Below, one piece after another: positions 61,043-64,000 of a DNA stretch of 64,000 nucleotides. How positions within the stretch are numbered: the stretch's first letter is position 1; each line of letters opens with the position of its first letter. The stretch is from Eubacteriales bacterium. Its GTDB lineage: Bacteria > Bacillota > Clostridia > Oscillospirales > CAG-272. The DNA lies in assembly GCA_045535815.1 (NCBI GenBank), contig JAZSMJ010000006.1, positions 5,430-69,429 of the forward strand, read 5' to 3'. A program made the translations under genes and the position numbers. Below the pieces are notes generated by a model that was not told the origin of the DNA, searched no databases, and saw only the letters and a program-made list of their open reading frames with translations.

Positions 61043-64000
61043 CTATGCCTTTGGATATCCTGCAATATAGCCAAGACCGTAATCAGTTGTACCGTTTACA
61101 ATAAGCATTATACGCATATATACAGCGTTTGTCGGATCATAGCCTGCTTCGATCGTGGCGTCTGAAACAGCAAATTCGATTCTGTTCCATCCGTTTTTCA
61201 GATCCTTTCCTACCGTGCTTGTCTGATATATAAGACGTCTGCCCTCGGTCGGTGCTGATTTAGTATCACATATTTCAATTGAAAATCCGGATACGGTGGA
61301 TGCGTTGCTAACGTAGAAGTCAACAGATAACATCGTGTAAGCGCTGATATCAATTCCTGCGTCTCCTCCGTTCTTAAGATTTCCGCAAAGAACTACCCAT
61401 CCGTTGCCTACGCAATCTTCCATAAGGATAGCGGGCTCACCTTGTATAGTGGTAAGCGAAGAGGCTTTATCACCCCACCATCCACCTGTGGCTGAAGGTG
61501 TGAAATTATATATCAGATCTCCAAATTCGGGAGGAGTTCTTTCAATTTCCTTTCCGTGCCCGATAATGTCGCCTATACCCATTTCTGTTTCACCTGTCAT
61601 AACGACCATAGTGCGTATATAGCGCACGGACTTAGGGTTATATTCTCCTTCTATCGTTGCATCTGAGACATTGAATTTAACGGTGTTCCAACCGTTTTTA
61701 AGTCCGGCTATCTTATCGGGAGTTATCTGATAGATCAATCTGTATCCCTCGGAAGCATCGGTCGTGCTTGATATTTCTATAGAAAACATTCCTATAGTGG
61801 AAACGTCTGCGGTATAGAAGTCAACAGAAATAGATTCATATTTGCTTATGTCAACGGGAGCACCGTTTGCAGCAAGTAGACCGCAGATGACCTGCCAATC
61901 AGCTGATGTGGTGGAAGCATTCATAAGAATTGCATTTTTTCCGTCACGAACGCCAAGCGTGCAGGCGTGGGTACCCCACCAGTTTCCTGAATAGGTTCCG
62001 TCAAATATATAGATCGGTTCGCTTCCTTCGAATATCTCGGTATCTTCTTCGGGCTCGTATATAACGTAGTCTATGCGTTTTAAGTATACGGTATAATTTT
62101 CCGTTGTTATAAGACCGTACTTCTTAAGAGGGAGGGTTGAATCGTTTATCTTAAGAGTATAGGTGCCGTTTCCGTTGCTTATGACAGCGCTTTCAAGCTC
62201 TGCCAGCCATCCGGTGTCAAAGCTTCCGACGATAACGTTGGTAGAAACGTTGCCGGTAACTGCTAAAAGGTAAGGCCCGTGATATATAGAGAATACGTTA
62301 GGATCGTCGGGGGTGCTGCGTGTATATGTTTTAAACGGGGTATTCCATACGATAATGTCACCCTCTGACCAGTCATCTGTCAAAATTACATATCCGTTTG
62401 TAATATCGTAATCGGAAATGATTTCTCCGTTTACCGAAAGAAAAGTGGTATTTGACCAATAAGGAACTCTGAGTTCGATGCTCTTTGATCCTCCGGCAGT
62501 AACAGTGATCGTGTTTTCTCCGTCTTCGCATAACATATCAAGAGAGAAGCTTCCATCCGTATATGAGCTGCTGATATATCCGTTTATACGAACGGTTTCG
62601 GGATCAACGTTGTAGTATACGCTTTCAACTACCTTTGTAAAGTTTTCCATACCACTACCGGTGCAGCACCAGAAGCCGTTCTGCGGTCCGTGGAATGCTT
62701 TATATGCATTAGTCTCAAAATATTGATCGTATATCTTTCCACCGTCAGAGCTTATCGAGCCCATAATGCCGTTAGATAAAGCAAACTCAATATAATCGTA
62801 GTATTTTGCCTCACCTGTTTTTTCATAAAGAAGCTGTGCAAGCTTTATCATATTATATATAGCACAAATTTCAGACGGGCGGTCGGAATGATCGTCGCAA
62901 TAGGGGCATATAACTCCCTTTTCTTTCCAATATTCCGCACTTGCAGAGCCGCCGTTTGCGTAAAGTCTTTCGTCAACGACCATTTCAAAGAAATTCTCAA
63001 CAGCAGTGAGATACTTTCTGTCTCCCGAAATGAGATACTCAAGCATAAATCCGGTAGCCTTCGGAATGGTAGTATTGGCGTGAAGTCCGTCGAGGTTATC
63101 GGTATCAGATGCCCATGCGTCAAGCAAAGCTTTTTCATTGAAGAATCGAGCTGCTTCAAGAGCTTTTTCCGATCCTGTGATATTATACAGAGCGTAGAGA
63201 GGCTCAGAAATGCCGCCGTATTCGATCCTTTGAACATTAAGGACCTGAGCAGGAGTAAGAGCACTCATTCTGTTGTATATCCAATCAGCGTACTGAGAAG
63301 CTACCTCAAGAGCCTGCTCGTTTCCGCAGTAAAGATATGCATCAACGCAACCTGCGAGTACCTTGTGTGTAAAATAATAGGGTACGCCGTCCCAGGAGCC
63401 TGATTCAACAGACTCGATGCGTGAAAGCGGATAGCAAAGAACGAATCCATCCTCTGACTGACACTTGTCAAGCTCTTCTATGCAGTATTCAACTATATCA
63501 AACAGATCCCGATCACCTGTCTGAGAATAAAGCATGGAGCAAGCCGAAATATAGTGTCCGAGAGTTATACCTTTAAGGTTGGGATCACTTTCCCAATCGG
63601 GATAAGGCTGATATCCGTTCTGAGTATTGATGTGAGAAAGACCTGATTCTTCTCTGTACCAATAGAGTATTCTGTCTGCATCAAGCTGCTTGAGGTACTG
63701 AGCATTTATATCTTCCTTGATCTTCCAATCGCCCGAAAGAAGAGATGCATTGAATAGAGAAACTCTCTCGGAGGGGATTACAGAAACATCTGAAAGATTT
63801 ATGTCGGGAGAGCTCTTAAGCAGATTGTAGGAAAGAATCGCAACGTCAATCCCGTCTCTGTAGGTGTCTCCGTTTATGTCACTTTCGTTGTACGAAGTTT
63901 CGATATCTGCTTTTCCCATATCAAAAAGGAAACAAGAAACATCAAGGGAGTCTATAAAGCCATCCGCATTTATATCACCGGGTATCAGGTTAACGGATTC
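61043..64000 (-). CDS. Dockerin-containing GH127/GH146-type beta-L-arabinofuranosidase-like enzyme with two C-terminal modules; 5' end lies beyond the window
   Basis: Frame is open to 64000 (ESVNLIPGDINADGFIDSLD...). It has GHYISA, EYGG, HANTTIP, EICAIYN, WCCTGSG and LRVPYW motifs. Confidence 0.88.
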   Translation of the reverse strand, partial: ESVNLIPGDINADGFIDSLDVSCFLFDMGKADIETSYNESDINGDTYRDGIDVAILSYNLLKSSPDINLSDVSVIPSERVSLFNASLLSGDWKIKEDINAQYLKQLDADRILYWYREESGLSHINTQNGYQPYPDWESDPNLKGITLGHYISACSMLYSQTGDRDLFDIVEYCIEELDKCQSEDGFVLCYPLSRIESVESGSWDGVPYYFTHKVLAGCVDAYLYCGNEQALEVASQYADWIYNRMSALTPAQVLNVQRIEYGGISEPLYALYNITGSEKALEAARFFNEKALLDAWASDTDNLDGLHANTTIPKATGFMLEYLISGDRKYLTAVENFFEMVVDERLYANGGSASAEYWKEKGVICPYCDDHSDRPSEICAIYNMIKLAQLLYEKTGEAKYYDYIEFALSNGIMGSISSDGGKIYDQYFETNAYKAFHGPQNGFWCCTGSGMENFTKVVESVYYNVDPETVRINGYISSSYTDGSFSLDMLCEDGENTITVTAGGSKSIELRVPYWSNTTFLSVNGEIISDYDITNGYVILTDDWSEGDIIVWNTPFKTYTRSTPDDPNVFSIYHGPYLLAVTGNVSTNVIVGSFDTGWLAELESAVISNGNGTYTLKINDSTLPLKKYGLITTENYTVYLKRIDYVIYEPEEDTEIFEGSEPIYIFDGTYSGNWWGTHACTLGVRDGKNAILMNASTTSADWQVICGLLAANGAPVDISKYESISVDFYTADVSTIGMFSIEISSTTDASEGYRLIYQITPDKIAGLKNGWNTVKFNVSDATIEGEYNPKSVRYIRTMVVMTGETEMGIGDIIGHGKEIERTPPEFGDLIYNFTPSATGGWWGDKASSLTTIQGEPAILMEDCVGNGWVVLCGNLKNGGDAGIDISAYTMLSVDFYVSNASTVSGFSIEICDTKSAPTEGRRLIYQTSTVGKDLKNGWNRIEFAVSDATIEAGYDPTNAVYMRIMLIVNGTTDYGLGYIAGYPKA

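Overview
A 64-kb chromosomal window from an anaerobic Clostridia-type (Bacillota) bacterium, probably a rumen or gut polysaccharide degrader (inferred from gene content, sigmaA promoters and a dockerin). Most of it is housekeeping: rpe, ispDF, a 2-oxoacid:ferredoxin oxidoreductase operon, ligA-obgE, trmB, tig-clpPX, thrC-rnhB-ylqF-lepB, coaE and peptidases. Three things stand out. (1) A 12.4-kb minus-strand operon, mdh-fumC-hdrBCA-flxDCBA-frdBA-AspT-type permease, reads as a complete soluble oxaloacetate-to-succinate pathway coupled to an Hdr/Flx electron-bifurcating complex. A Na+-pumping oxaloacetate decarboxylase operon with a degenerate carboxyltransferase lies divergently next to it. (2) A 4.3-kb segment lies between two convergent tRNA genes (Leu-CAG and Val-GAC). 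Each tRNA is followed by the same architecture: a terminator with a TTTGTC-TACC-GACAAA core, a mirror-symmetric array of short hairpins joined by ATGATATA/TATATCAT linkers (many with GNA triloops), a sigmaA promoter facing away from the tRNA, and small cargo genes (four-helix bundle, YdcF, NUDIX; SGNH and APH(3')-like genes sit between). A partial third copy of the repeat brackets the NUDIX gene. I do not recognise this element; it is the best candidate here for an undescribed gene-capture or REP-like system. No recombinase or transposase is visible in the window. (3) A dockerin-bearing GH127/GH146 enzyme with two tandem C-terminal modules runs off the right edge. All calls are by eye from motifs; no database searches were run.
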